Part shown: one piece after another, positions 1 to 9,315 of the stretch
How the letters are laid out: the number at the start of each line of letters is the position of its first letter
Position numbering within the stretch: position 1 is the stretch's first letter
From: a virus
Lineage: Duplodnaviria; Caudoviricetes
Reading direction: 5' to 3' (one strand)
IMG/VR virus record: IMGVR_UViG_3300021559_000014
Location: 1 to 48,887 of that record
DNA: 48,887 nt
Translations under genes and position numbers: made by a program
The notes under the pieces: generated by a model
Told to the model about the DNA's origin: nothing
Database searches by the model: none
The model's input: only the letters and a program-made list of their open reading frames with translations

Positions 1-1
1 G

Positions 2-193
2 CAGCAGAAGCAATATATCGAGAAGCATTTCCAGCAAGCGCAAGCAGCGACGGTTGCAATCCTGCAGCATCATGCGGCAGCGTTCCCGCGCAATGGTACT
101 GAGCCGATACCGCCAGTCAATGTTGGTGGTGATGATCACCATGCGGTGTTGGGCGGCATGATGGGCAGCCATTACGGAGGGCGGCGTGCCTAA
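2..193 (+). CDS. 3' end of an upstream virion/ejection-region protein (partial)
   Basis: Open frame from base 2 (QQKQYIEKHFQQAQ...HYGGRRA) to TAA at 191-193, overlapping the GTG of the next gene. Confidence 0.6.
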   Translation, partial: QQKQYIEKHFQQAQAATVAILQHHAAAFPRNGTEPIPPVNVGGDDHHAVLGGMMGSHYGGRRA

Positions 194-1538
194 CCTTCAG
201 CCTGATACTTCGATCTACGCCAATGTCGGCAAGCCGCAAGGCCAGATGAGCCCGCTTGATCTCATGGCGTTGATAACGAGGATGAAGGAGTATCAGTCGC
301 AGCAAAATGAGACCCAGGCACTAACGAATGCTCCACAGACGGAGGGACCGCTTGGGCCGACTACCGATTATTCGGCAGTAAGGCGCAGCATGTTGCAGAA
401 TCCAACTGGTGGATTCGTAAGTTCCGATCAGATGAGGGGTCTTGAACACTTGCAGCAGGCGCAACTGGCAAGTCAGCAGCAGAAGACTGATTTTATTCTA
501 AGGACAATAACTCCATTGCTCGATCTGCCTCCAAATAAAATAGCAAAGGCTTTTGCCGGCATTGCACCGGCTCTTGTAGCGGCAAATATGGACCCGGTGG
601 CTGTTGGTAAGCATTTTCTTGGCCTAGACCCAGAGATAGTGAAACGAAATATCGAACAAGCAAAAAATGGCCTGGACCAGCAGGCGGCGAGGACAAACCT
701 CGCATTATACAAAAACATGCAGGTTGGCCCGACTGGTCAGGAGGCTATGACAAGTGTTCCTGGTCCGGGTGGTGAGCCAATTTCTCAACCGAGCAGCGCA
801 GTACAGCTACAAGCTCGTGGTGTTCGCAATGCGGCTTTTCCAGGAGTACAGACCGGATTGCCGCTCGGCGCGAAAGAATCAGGCGATCAAATGGCCGAAG
901 ACCTTCGGCAGGCCGGTACTTATTCGCAGGGTATATTCCCACTCCAGCAAGCTCTCAAATTGGCTAAAGACCTCGGGCCTGGTGGCATGGGACCAGGCAC
1001 AAAAGGCCGACAGTCGTTTGAGGAGTTTGTTTATAGCGTTATGCCTTCTCTTGTCCCCGCCGATATGCAAAAGAAAATTAAGACCTATGCGGAACTGGAA
1101 AAATATCTTGTCAACAATACGCAGCAGCTTGCTCAAACCATTGGACCTCACACCAATGATGGGTTGGCTAGTGCAGTAACCGGCAGTCCGGGCGTACATA
1201 TCAACGACCTTGCCGGTGTCGATCTCATAAAGGCAAACATCGCAGCAAGGAAGATGGTGCATACGCTGACAATGCAGGCATCGCGGGCAGGTGGGCCGAA
1301 TTATTCGAAACAGAAGGCATTTCTCGCACCACAGCAGGACCCGCGGGCGTTCCATATCGAGAATGCGGAACCTGACGAAATAGATAACTGGCACAAAAGT
1401 TTGAAGGGAGCCGAGCGCGAGAAGTTCAACGCTTCCCTGCGTGCCGGTATAGCCAGCGGCGTAATATCGCCTTCACTCAAGCCGGGGGCCGTGCCGCCGC
1501 CGCTGTGGACTCCCGCTTCTGCTGCAGTCGGACAATGA
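186..1538 (+). CDS. Probable DNA ejection (internal virion) protein
   Basis: 450 aa, Gln/Ala/Gly-rich and helical-looking; lies just before a hydrolase-bearing ejection protein and the tail fibre, as in P22-like podoviruses; GGAGG RBS upstream. Confidence 0.6.
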   Translation: MPNLQPDTSIYANVGKPQGQMSPLDLMALITRMKEYQSQQNETQALTNAPQTEGPLGPTTDYSAVRRSMLQNPTGGFVSSDQMRGLEHLQQAQLASQQQKTDFILRTITPLLDLPPNKIAKAFAGIAPALVAANMDPVAVGKHFLGLDPEIVKRNIEQAKNGLDQQAARTNLALYKNMQVGPTGQEAMTSVPGPGGEPISQPSSAVQLQARGVRNAAFPGVQTGLPLGAKESGDQMAEDLRQAGTYSQGIFPLQQALKLAKDLGPGGMGPGTKGRQSFEEFVYSVMPSLVPADMQKKIKTYAELEKYLVNNTQQLAQTIGPHTNDGLASAVTGSPGVHINDLAGVDLIKANIAARKMVHTLTMQASRAGGPNYSKQKAFLAPQQDPRAFHIENAEPDEIDNWHKSLKGAEREKFNASLRAGIASGVISPSLKPGAVPPPLWTPASAAVGQ

Positions 1539-1539
1539 A

Positions 1540-3774
1540 ATGGACGTTAGTCCGGCCGACAAGGACAACATCGTTCGCACGGTTCTAGGGGAGGCTGAGG
1601 ACCAATCGCTGCTCGGGCAGGCCGCAGTCGCACATGTCATCCTGAACCGGCTGGCAGCAGGAAAATATGGCGAGACGCCTTCGAAAATCGTTCATGCGCC
1701 AGGGCAATTCGAGGCATGGAAGCGGCGTCGCGGTGAAATTGAAGCCTATAACCCGCGCTCTCTGAAATATCAGAATACCGACTCGATTGTCGATGATGTC
1801 TTGAGCGGTGCGATCCCTGATCCCACCGGCGGCGCTACACATTATTTCGCTCCGGTTGCACAAAAAGACCTGGGACGGCAGCCGCCGGCATTTTCGCGAA
1901 CACCGATGACAGCACAGATCGGCGCCCATAATTTCTATGCACCGGAGGGTCGCGTCATACCCGAACAAGATGATCTGCTTGGAAGCTGGCATGCCGGCGG
2001 CGCGGCGCCAGTGGTGCCGCCGGATGACTTGCTCGGTCACTGGAATACCGGCAAGGCGGCGCCGGCGGCCGTTCCATTACCGGCTGCGCGCCCATCAACC
2101 GCTGCGGCTGTCGCCAAGAAAAAGGAAGACGAAACCCTGCCGCAATGGACCGCGCGCATGGTTGCCGAGCATCAAGGGTCCGATTGGACCGATCTTGGGG
2201 CGCGGTTTGGTGCCGGTGCTGTGCGTGGCATTGGAGATGTTGCTGATACGCTGGCGACTGCCATAACCAGCGTTGGCGAGCGTGGAGCAAAGTTAGCTGC
2301 TTCTGCAGGAGTTATTTCACCGGAGACTGCTGGAAAAGTCAGTAAATGGGCCGGCAAGACGCAAGCTGAGATCGTTGCCGATCGGCAGGCGTATGAGAAA
2401 GCCGCCGAGGGAAGCGCGCTGGCCGAGGGCGGCAGAATTACTGGGCAAATTCTGGGGACGGGACCGTTTGTCGAGGCATTACCGTTGCGGGGTATTGCGG
2501 CAGCTAGCCCCATGGCTCGGGCCGCCGTCACTGGCATAGGCTCGGGCGGGACCGCAGCGGCGCTGACTTCATCCGCATCGGATCAGCCGTTGTCCCAGCA
2601 GATCGGCGCCGGGATGCTCGCGGGTGGCGCTCTTGGGCCGCTCACCCAGGGAGCTTCTGCTGCGACTAAAGGATTGCGCAATCTTGTATTCGGGTCAGTC
2701 GACAAGGAAACCGCGCAGCTCGCCAGTGCTGCCCGCAACACCTACAACATTCCGATCACGGCGGGGCAGATCAGCACCAGTCCTTCGGTTAGGTTCCTCG
2801 ATTCCGTGCTGCAGCGGCTACCGTTCAGCGGTTACGCCAAGAGGACTACTGCACAGCAAGTAGGATTGAACAGGGCGCTTGCTTCGGAGATGGGTGTTGA
2901 TGCCGGCAAGATCACACCTGATACGATCACTCGCGCATCCAGAAATGCCTACACCGAGTATAATGCTGCGAAGGCGCGGATGGGTGGGAATCTGGCGCTC
3001 GATCATGGTTTCTATGGCGATCTGCAAAATATCCACCAGAACGCACATTATGTTCTCGAACCGTCCTTGGCTGAAGGTGTGGACAAGCTGTTGCGCAACG
3101 TTCTCAGCAAGGTCGATCTCAACTCTCACACGCTCGATGCCGATCTCTATCAATCATTGACGCGCGAGAAGGGGCCACTCGACAATGCGATCAATTCCAG
3201 AGATTCAAAGATTGCATCCTATGCTGGTGACATCAAAAATTCTCTTGAGGAATTGGTTGGGCGCAACGATCCGATTCTGAAGAAACTCAAGGACACGGCG
3301 GATTATAGATGGTTCGTCATCAAGTCGGTTGAACCATTAGCCCTTAAGTCGCCTACGGGAGATGTATCTCCGGGGGAACTTCTTCGTGCTCTCGACAACA
3401 GCCAGACCAATGCCGGAGAACTCGGGCGCATTGCCAAGAGGTTCATGCGGGAGCCGCCAAGCTCGGGAACGGCAGAACGGCTCATGTTGATGAAGGCCGG
3501 CGTAGGGTTAGGCAGCGCGCTCGGTCTTGGCGGCGCCTATGCGCTCGATCCCGAAGGTTTCCAACGTGACGCCGCGATAGCTGCCGCGACGCTAGGGGCG
3601 GGGCGTGGGGCCAGTGCGATCTTGCGCAGTAATGCGCTTACGAACTCCATGATCCGGGGCGGATTGGGCACTTCCGGCGGCACGAAGCCATTGTCGGATT
3701 TGCTTACGCGAGCTGCGCCCGCCGCCGCTCTCGTCACCCGGCGGCGTCTCGAAAACAGTCCGGCCAGTCAGTAG
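1540..3774 (+). CDS. Ejection protein with N-terminal SleB-like cell wall hydrolase domain
   Basis: RTVLGEA...AVAHVILNR...PGQFEAW...DPTGGATHYF...IGAHNFY matches the Hydrolase_2/SleB pattern; Ala/Gly-rich remainder is typical of ejection proteins. Confidence 0.8.
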   Translation: MDVSPADKDNIVRTVLGEAEDQSLLGQAAVAHVILNRLAAGKYGETPSKIVHAPGQFEAWKRRRGEIEAYNPRSLKYQNTDSIVDDVLSGAIPDPTGGATHYFAPVAQKDLGRQPPAFSRTPMTAQIGAHNFYAPEGRVIPEQDDLLGSWHAGGAAPVVPPDDLLGHWNTGKAAPAAVPLPAARPSTAAAVAKKKEDETLPQWTARMVAEHQGSDWTDLGARFGAGAVRGIGDVADTLATAITSVGERGAKLAASAGVISPETAGKVSKWAGKTQAEIVADRQAYEKAAEGSALAEGGRITGQILGTGPFVEALPLRGIAAASPMARAAVTGIGSGGTAAALTSSASDQPLSQQIGAGMLAGGALGPLTQGASAATKGLRNLVFGSVDKETAQLASAARNTYNIPITAGQISTSPSVRFLDSVLQRLPFSGYAKRTTAQQVGLNRALASEMGVDAGKITPDTITRASRNAYTEYNAAKARMGGNLALDHGFYGDLQNIHQNAHYVLEPSLAEGVDKLLRNVLSKVDLNSHTLDADLYQSLTREKGPLDNAINSRDSKIASYAGDIKNSLEELVGRNDPILKKLKDTADYRWFVIKSVEPLALKSPTGDVSPGELLRALDNSQTNAGELGRIAKRFMREPPSSGTAERLMLMKAGVGLGSALGLGGAYALDPEGFQRDAAIAAATLGAGRGASAILRSNALTNSMIRGGLGTSGGTKPLSDLLTRAAPAAALVTRRRLENSPASQ

Positions 3775-3802
3775 GCCATAGAGTGCGCCATAGGTCACGC
3801 AA

Positions 3803-5203
3803 ATGCCGATAAGCCACCAGCTTAAATTCATGTTGGTACTCCCCCTACTGTGGGCGATGCTAGTCCTGGGGGCATGGCCCGTCAAGGCGGCCACTACCCT
3901 TTTACCTACCGGCGAACAATGCTTCCAAAAGGCGACCGGGCCGATATCGAGCGGTTCGATCAATATGTACATCCCGTCGACCACCACAACTAAGACGACG
4001 TGGAAGGACTCGGGCCAGATCACCGCCAACACCAACCCGATCCAGCTCGACGCCAACGGCTGTGCGATCATTTACGGTACGGGCTCCTATCGGCAGCAGG
4101 TGTTCGACGGGCCGGTAGTCGGCGGTGTCACTACCGGGAACCTGATCTTCGATCTGACCACTACCGATACCTCGGCCACCAACAACGTGTTCTGGGCGGC
4201 GCTGGCTGGCGGCACGCCCAACGCCATCACCGTTGTCGATGCCGGGTTCAATTCCACCGACGGCTCGGTGATCAATTTCACGGCACTTTCCACAAACACC
4301 GGGGCGACGACGCTCAACCCGTCCGGGGTCGGCAATATCCCGGTGCTCAAGATTTCCAGTGCTGGGCCGGTGGCGCTCAGCGGTGGAGAGATCGTCGCCA
4401 ACAATCCTACTTCGGTAATCTACAGCGCGACGCTATCGTCGTTCGTGCTGCTCACATTCACTATCCCGACGACTGCAGCGTCTACGGCACCGTTGTGCGG
4501 GGCGATCGGGTATGCAGTCATCAATGATGGTGGAACTCCAAATACCAAACTCGATATTACTGCCACTACTGCGTTAACTGTGACACCAACCGGGACACCG
4601 CTGAACCGCTCGACCGTATCGCTGGTACTGAATTTCGGGGTCAATGGCGCCAATGGGCTCGATCAGGGCGCACTCGGTCCCAGCCAAATCTACTACATTT
4701 ATTTGATCGATAACGGATCGACAATCGCATCTCTCGCCTCTCTTTCGAGCACTGCTCCATTGATGCCATCCGGCTACACCTATGTATGCCGGATGTCGGC
4801 AGCGCCGTCGACGGCCGGGTCGATACTGTTCCAAATTCAAACAAATGGCGACACTACGATCATAACCTCCGCTATCGCTGCTGGTTCACCCTTCTTCGTG
4901 GCGGCGAGTACAGGGACGTGCGTTTCGACTTTCACAGCGGAAGTTTTCAGCCTTGTACCGACGACGGCGCAAAAAATACTGGGGAGAATACATATTATTC
5001 CGTCACAGAAAGCTGGTGTGAGCCGCGGAGGCGTCGCCGCAGGCACTCTTACCGAGGCGGAGAACACTACAAGCCAGGTTATTTATCTCCAGTTCACAGC
5101 GCCGGTCATATCCGGGGCGGCACAAACCGTCTATTACTGTTCGGACAGCGCGAGCAATGATCTCATTGTTTTCGGTTGGGCGGACAGCGTGAATGCACAC
5201 TAG
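3803..5203 (+). CDS. Tail fibre/tailspike with P22-type virion-attachment N-terminal domain, preceded by a signal-peptide-like sequence
   Basis: YIPSTTTTKTTWKD...NTNPIQLDANG.AIIYGTGSYRQQV.D resembles podophage fibre anchor domains; GGTPNAITV...F.A..TNTGATTLN fibre motif; hydrophobic N-terminus ending PVKA/A; exact start uncertain. Confidence 0.7.
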   Translation: MPISHQLKFMLVLPLLWAMLVLGAWPVKAATTLLPTGEQCFQKATGPISSGSINMYIPSTTTTKTTWKDSGQITANTNPIQLDANGCAIIYGTGSYRQQVFDGPVVGGVTTGNLIFDLTTTDTSATNNVFWAALAGGTPNAITVVDAGFNSTDGSVINFTALSTNTGATTLNPSGVGNIPVLKISSAGPVALSGGEIVANNPTSVIYSATLSSFVLLTFTIPTTAASTAPLCGAIGYAVINDGGTPNTKLDITATTALTVTPTGTPLNRSTVSLVLNFGVNGANGLDQGALGPSQIYYIYLIDNGSTIASLASLSSTAPLMPSGYTYVCRMSAAPSTAGSILFQIQTNGDTTIITSAIAAGSPFFVAASTGTCVSTFTAEVFSLVPTTAQKILGRIHIIPSQKAGVSRGGVAAGTLTEAENTTSQVIYLQFTAPVISGAAQTVYYCSDSASNDLIVFGWADSVNAH

Positions 5204-5609
5204 AGCGGCACTCATAGCTGTTTGTACTGTTCTCACAGCATCGTCACCAGCTTTTGCCGGCGCCTATCTCAATGCGCAATTCGGCAATCCGGTCGGGTTC
5301 AGCTCGGGCGGCGGACATTTGCAGTGTTCCAACCAGGCTGCCCTGCCTTATGCACAGTGTGTTCAGGTTGCCAATGTGACGGGTTTTGCCGGCACCTTCA
5401 CCGTCAAGCGGCCCGATATCGAGGTATTGTTGCAGCTCAAATGCAACAATGAAGTTGTATGGGCCGGCGAGAGGTTTGTTGGCACGTCCGATATTTCCGT
5501 CTCCGGGCTATCGCCGATAACCGGGCAATGCTGGTTCGTCTGGCAGGAGATTAACGGCAATAGTGCTGTCGCAAACGACGACTTTGAATATCAGGTGGTA
5601 TTTCATTAA
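5193..5609 (+). CDS. Secreted beta-rich protein of unknown function
   Basis: Signal peptide ending SPAFA; 4 Cys in the mature part; overlaps the fibre gene stop. Confidence 0.65.
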   Translation: MHTRAALIAVCTVLTASSPAFAGAYLNAQFGNPVGFSSGGGHLQCSNQAALPYAQCVQVANVTGFAGTFTVKRPDIEVLLQLKCNNEVVWAGERFVGTSDISVSGLSPITGQCWFVWQEINGNSAVANDDFEYQVVFH

Positions 5610-5640
5610 CCAATGAGTTTCTCTTACGCAGGAGAACTCT

Positions 5641-6249
5641 ATGGCTCGAAACTTCGGCATCTTAAAAAAGAAACAGGACAAACAGCGCAACGGGCTCAAC
5701 CCCGAGGCGCCGCTGGATGATGCCCGCGGCGACTTTCCTCATCACTTTGTACCGGAGCCAACCGGGGAGCCGAAGTCATCGAACCCGGCACAGGTTTGGC
5801 TATCTGCTTTGATCGTCATCGCTGCACTCGGCTTGGTGGTCTATTCCTGTGCGGCGCATGCTCGCGATCTCGGCCAATGGGAGAAAATGGACCCAGAGCA
5901 AAAGCGATGGTTCCAGTCCCTCATGCAACCGGACACCATAGGGATGGGCCGTATTGGCGTTTCCTGCTGCGGTGAGGGTGACGGCTATTGGGCCGATGAG
6001 GCTCATGTCCGCGGCGGCAAACTGTTTGCGGTGATCACCGATGAGCGTCCTGATGATCAGCTCATGCGTATGCACGAGAATGTCGGCACCGAATATGAGG
6101 TTCCGACGCAGAAGATCGTTGGGATGGAACAGAGAGTAGGCAATCCGACCGGGCATATCGTCATTTTTCTCGGTGTTCGATCCTGGAACCTGGACGGCAC
6201 AAAGGCCCCTCGTCCTGTACTTTGCTACGTTCAAAACGGCGGGGTTTGA
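5641..6249 (+). CDS. Membrane-anchored/secreted conserved hypothetical protein
   Basis: AGGAG RBS; hydrophobic segment then AHA/RDLGQW...SCCGEGD...NPTGH...LCY, a pattern recalled from rhizobial phage hypothetical proteins. Confidence 0.65.
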   Translation: MARNFGILKKKQDKQRNGLNPEAPLDDARGDFPHHFVPEPTGEPKSSNPAQVWLSALIVIAALGLVVYSCAAHARDLGQWEKMDPEQKRWFQSLMQPDTIGMGRIGVSCCGEGDGYWADEAHVRGGKLFAVITDERPDDQLMRMHENVGTEYEVPTQKIVGMEQRVGNPTGHIVIFLGVRSWNLDGTKAPRPVLCYVQNGGV

Positions 6250-6250
6250 G

Positions 6251-6466
6251 ATGACCCTTCTCGATGGAGCCGTAGTTCTTTTGCTGACGTATGTCATGCC
6301 ACCGGACAAGCCCGACATACATCACCAGCAAATCGAGGAATCGCTTGATGAATGCTTCGCTGATGAACGTGAATTTCTTGCTACCAGTATCCCACAGGTT
6401 CTCAAGGATAAGGGTGCATTGCGAAAAATGGCGGCTTGCATGGTCAAGGATACACCCGAAACATGA
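6251..6466 (+). CDS. Hypothetical protein
   Basis: ATG 2 nt after the previous stop; MTLLDGAVVLLLTYVM...C...C. Confidence 0.5.
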   Translation: MTLLDGAVVLLLTYVMPPDKPDIHHQQIEESLDECFADEREFLATSIPQVLKDKGALRKMAACMVKDTPET

Positions 6467-6497
6467 GTGATCTTCACGATAAGGGGAAAGATACCTG

Positions 6498-7100
6498 ATG
6501 CGCTACTCTGCAATCTGGCCGCTCTATGCGAAGTGGTGGGATGCTATGGAGATCAAGCCAGAGCGCGTCCGCGAATTTTCCTTGGAGGCTCAGTATTCGG
6601 TCAGCCACAAGGACACTTACATGGAGATTCAAGAGGCCACACCGAATAAGGTGCCGTGGCCGATGCTGGCAGTGATCCACTGGCGCGAGTCCATACAAGA
6701 CCGCGCGGGCCACCCGCGCTTCGACACCTACCTCGGCAACGGCCAGGTTCTTTCTCGGCGGACGACTATAGTCCCGGTGGGCCGCGGGCCATTTACCGGG
6801 CCGCATGCCTTTCTCAACGGCGCGCTCGATGCGCTCAAGGAGGACGACATCCTGACCGTCCAGGATTGGAGGTTGGAGAAGCAACTTTTTTGGATCACCG
6901 GCTTCAACGGGTGGGGCTACGGGATGCACCCATCGCCTTACATCTGGGGCGGCACGAACATCCAAGTGCCGGGGAAATACGTGCGCGACCACGTCTTCGA
7001 CCCGCACGCGTGGGACCCGCAGCCGGGATGTGCGCCGCTGCTCCAGAAGATCGCCAATCTAGACCCAACCATTAAGTTTTTTAGGGAGACTGCGACGTAA
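6498..7100 (+). CDS. Endolysin, lysozyme-family (COG5526-like)
   Basis: VPW..LAVIHWRES...LGNG...VPVGRGPF...FNGWGY...PSPYIWGGT...GKYVRDHVFD...QPGCA; first gene of the lysis cluster. Confidence 0.8.
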   Translation: MRYSAIWPLYAKWWDAMEIKPERVREFSLEAQYSVSHKDTYMEIQEATPNKVPWPMLAVIHWRESIQDRAGHPRFDTYLGNGQVLSRRTTIVPVGRGPFTGPHAFLNGALDALKEDDILTVQDWRLEKQLFWITGFNGWGYGMHPSPYIWGGTNIQVPGKYVRDHVFDPHAWDPQPGCAPLLQKIANLDPTIKFFRETAT

Positions 7101-7295
7101 ATGCGTCTCATAAAGCTCACCGAAGTCAATGGCGAAACTGTTTACGTAAATGCTGAACAGGTGGTGAAAATACGTCCACCGATTGCGAGCATTGAACCAG
7201 ATGCTAAATCCGTAATTATTGTTCTTACTAGCGGGTCATGTGCCGTTCTTGAAAATGTGGAAGATGTCATGAAATTGCTTGGAGCATCACAATGA
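7101..7295 (+). CDS. FlbD-like small protein
   Basis: MRLIKLTEVNGETVYVNAEQVVKI...IVLTSG...VLENVEDV follows the FlbD family pattern. Confidence 0.6.
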   Translation: MRLIKLTEVNGETVYVNAEQVVKIRPPIASIEPDAKSVIIVLTSGSCAVLENVEDVMKLLGASQ

Positions 7296-7831
7296 CCAAA
7301 GAAGTACACGGATGGGGAATGTATGGGATGTGGGGGCCGGTCACTGATCCCGGTATGGCCGCGTTCACCGCGCGGGTGAAAGACCTCGGTGTCAATGTTC
7401 ACAGCTCGCCATATCGCGACTATGACGTGGCGCAGATTGTTGCGGAAATTCTGGCGCTGCCACCCGAACCCCTCAAGTTTATCTTTGGCGCATCGCTCGG
7501 GGCGTGCAACTGCTCTGTGGTTGCTGCCTATGTCCCGCAAGTGAGGATTGATGGAATGTGGGGCTTCCAGCCGAGCCTCGACGGTGCACAGGTCAAGATC
7601 GGCTCCAATGTCAAATTTGCTCACTGTGTCTACAATCCGACGTGGTGGCAAACGGCAGGATTGGGCGCCTACAGGTGGGAAAAGGCGCCGGGAAGCACTT
7701 GCAATTTGTATGTCAGCGAGCGATCCGACTTCCACCCCGGCGAAACGCTGGCGGCGCAAGAGATGTTCCTGGGCGAGATGAAGCGGATTATTGCTGCATC
7801 ACAAACTCTGGTTCCGCAGGCTTTAGCATGA
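7292..7831 (+). CDS. Small alpha/beta-hydrolase (esterase/cutinase-like)
   Basis: G-x-S-x-G nucleophile elbow (FGASLGA) and late His (DFHPG); ATGA coupling at both ends. Confidence 0.55.
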   Translation: MTKEVHGWGMYGMWGPVTDPGMAAFTARVKDLGVNVHSSPYRDYDVAQIVAEILALPPEPLKFIFGASLGACNCSVVAAYVPQVRIDGMWGFQPSLDGAQVKIGSNVKFAHCVYNPTWWQTAGLGAYRWEKAPGSTCNLYVSERSDFHPGETLAAQEMFLGEMKRIIAASQTLVPQALA

Positions 7832-8220
7832 ACAAGTTTCCCGACACGCCATCGTTTCTTGCAATAGTGCTCGTCATATCAATTGTGTCATTGGTGTTCA
7901 TGTTAGCATTGTTAGGACGTTCCGACAGTGATGTGTTCAAGATATTGGTCGGCGGCCTGATGACTGTGGGCTTCACCAACATTGTCGGCTTTTATTTCGG
8001 CTCATCTGCCAGCTCGAAAACCAAGGACGATACGATCAGCGCAATGGTTTCCACCGGAACTGGATCGGGCGCGCCTGCTGCGGTTACGGCGGCTGCTGCT
8101 GCCGCTGCGCCTGCCGCTGCCGCCGTTGCTGCTCCACCGGCTGCTGCGGTTGCCGCCCCGCCCGCTGCGGAGATTGCTGTCGAACATGCGCTGGCCGAGC
8201 GCGATCAGGAGCACAAATGA
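7828..8220 (+). CDS. Putative holin with Ala/Pro-rich tail
   Basis: Two TM helices followed by GFYFGSS.SS..KD, a common holin motif; ATG at 7828 overlaps the previous stop. Confidence 0.65.
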   Translation: MNKFPDTPSFLAIVLVISIVSLVFMLALLGRSDSDVFKILVGGLMTVGFTNIVGFYFGSSASSKTKDDTISAMVSTGTGSGAPAAVTAAAAAAAPAAAAVAAPPAAAVAAPPAAEIAVEHALAERDQEHK

Positions 8221-8456
8221 GATACTGGATTGCCGGCACTATTTACGCCGCTATGGCGCTGTATCTAATGGCGGGTACTTTACAGAGTAGCGGCGCATTT
8301 CCTCCCATCGGCGTGTTGCAACAGCAACTAAATGTCTATCCCGGCGCGGCGCTGCCCAAACTCGTCGTGTGGGGAGGGCGATCGTTTCAGCCGTACTATA
8401 TCGGCGCGTCTGACCATGGCAACGGTACATACACGGTAACGGTGAAGCTCCGATGA
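8217..8456 (+). CDS. Small membrane/secreted protein
   Basis: Hydrophobic N-terminus; ATGA coupling. Confidence 0.5.
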   Translation: MRYWIAGTIYAAMALYLMAGTLQSSGAFPPIGVLQQQLNVYPGAALPKLVVWGGRSFQPYYIGASDHGNGTYTVTVKLR

Positions 8457-8463
8457 GCACGAC

Positions 8464-8736
8464 ATGTCACGTGAACTAGAAATCACCGGCAGCATCGTCG
8501 GCGGCAATGCCGAACTCAGGGCGGTGAAAATTAAAAATGAAAAGATGAAGCTTGAGCGTAACTCACTTTCTTGGACTGCCACTGTACCGAATAGGCTGGG
8601 CAATGGTCCATGGCCAGTCACCTTCGTAACGTGCGACGGTGTTAAGCTAAATGAGTTCAGCATAGATTGCAGACTGCATAAGAGAGTAGAGGGGGTGGAA
8701 AATAGGATAACTGTAGTCGGGTTGCGGCGGTACTAG
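8464..8736 (+). CDS. Hypothetical protein
   Basis: 90 aa ORF filling the gap in a tightly packed operon. Confidence 0.5.
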   Translation: MSRELEITGSIVGGNAELRAVKIKNEKMKLERNSLSWTATVPNRLGNGPWPVTFVTCDGVKLNEFSIDCRLHKRVEGVENRITVVGLRRY

Positions 8737-8765
8737 CACCACGCCTCCCTGAAAGGAGAAGAGTC

Positions 8766-9209
8766 ATGATGAAACGCCGCACGTTCCTGTTCTCCGGCGC
8801 GGCTATGCTGCTTGCCGGCTGCGCCACACCCGGCACTACGCCGCCCGGTCCTGGTCCAGTGATACCGGTGAATCTCTTGCAGACCATCCTTGGCTATCTG
8901 CAAACCGGATGTTCCGTTGTCGCTGACATCGGCGCCATCACGGCACTTATCGGCACATTTCCCGCCGGTACCGCAGCAGTGGTAATTGCCAATGCGGTTT
9001 GCGCGTATATCAGCAGGCTTCCCAAAGGCAGGCTAGGCGGCTCTGCCGTGATCGGCAGCGATACTTTCCCGGCCGTGACTGTCCACGGTGTTGTGATCCC
9101 CTACGCCCATCTCGGAACACCACTGGCGGCTCGGTTAAGGAGTGGACCTCTGCCTTATGTCATCGTCAATGGAGTGACGGTGCCATATGGCAACCTGCCG
9201 CGCCCGTGA
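8766..9209 (+). CDS. Lipoprotein with twin-arginine-like signal
   Basis: KRRTFLF twin-Arg motif plus lipobox LAGC; AAGGAG RBS. Confidence 0.7.
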   Translation: MMKRRTFLFSGAAMLLAGCATPGTTPPGPGPVIPVNLLQTILGYLQTGCSVVADIGAITALIGTFPAGTAAVVIANAVCAYISRLPKGRLGGSAVIGSDTFPAVTVHGVVIPYAHLGTPLAARLRSGPLPYVIVNGVTVPYGNLPRP

Positions 9210-9315
9210 GCGAGTGGATGCTGGTGTTTTCAGCGGCGCTAGTCGGGAGCGTCGCGGCGATCTTTCTGGTGAATTACATGGCACCGTGGAAATGAAAACA
9301 CCTTAGGCAGGAACC

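Noticed and set aside
7558-7827. Upstream extension of the holin ORF (220-aa call)
   Set aside because: Overlaps the hydrolase gene; the ATG at 7828 is coupled to the previous stop and is the more plausible start
8070-8170. GCT/GCC-rich repeat tract
   Set aside because: Simply encodes the Ala/Pro tail of the holin-like protein
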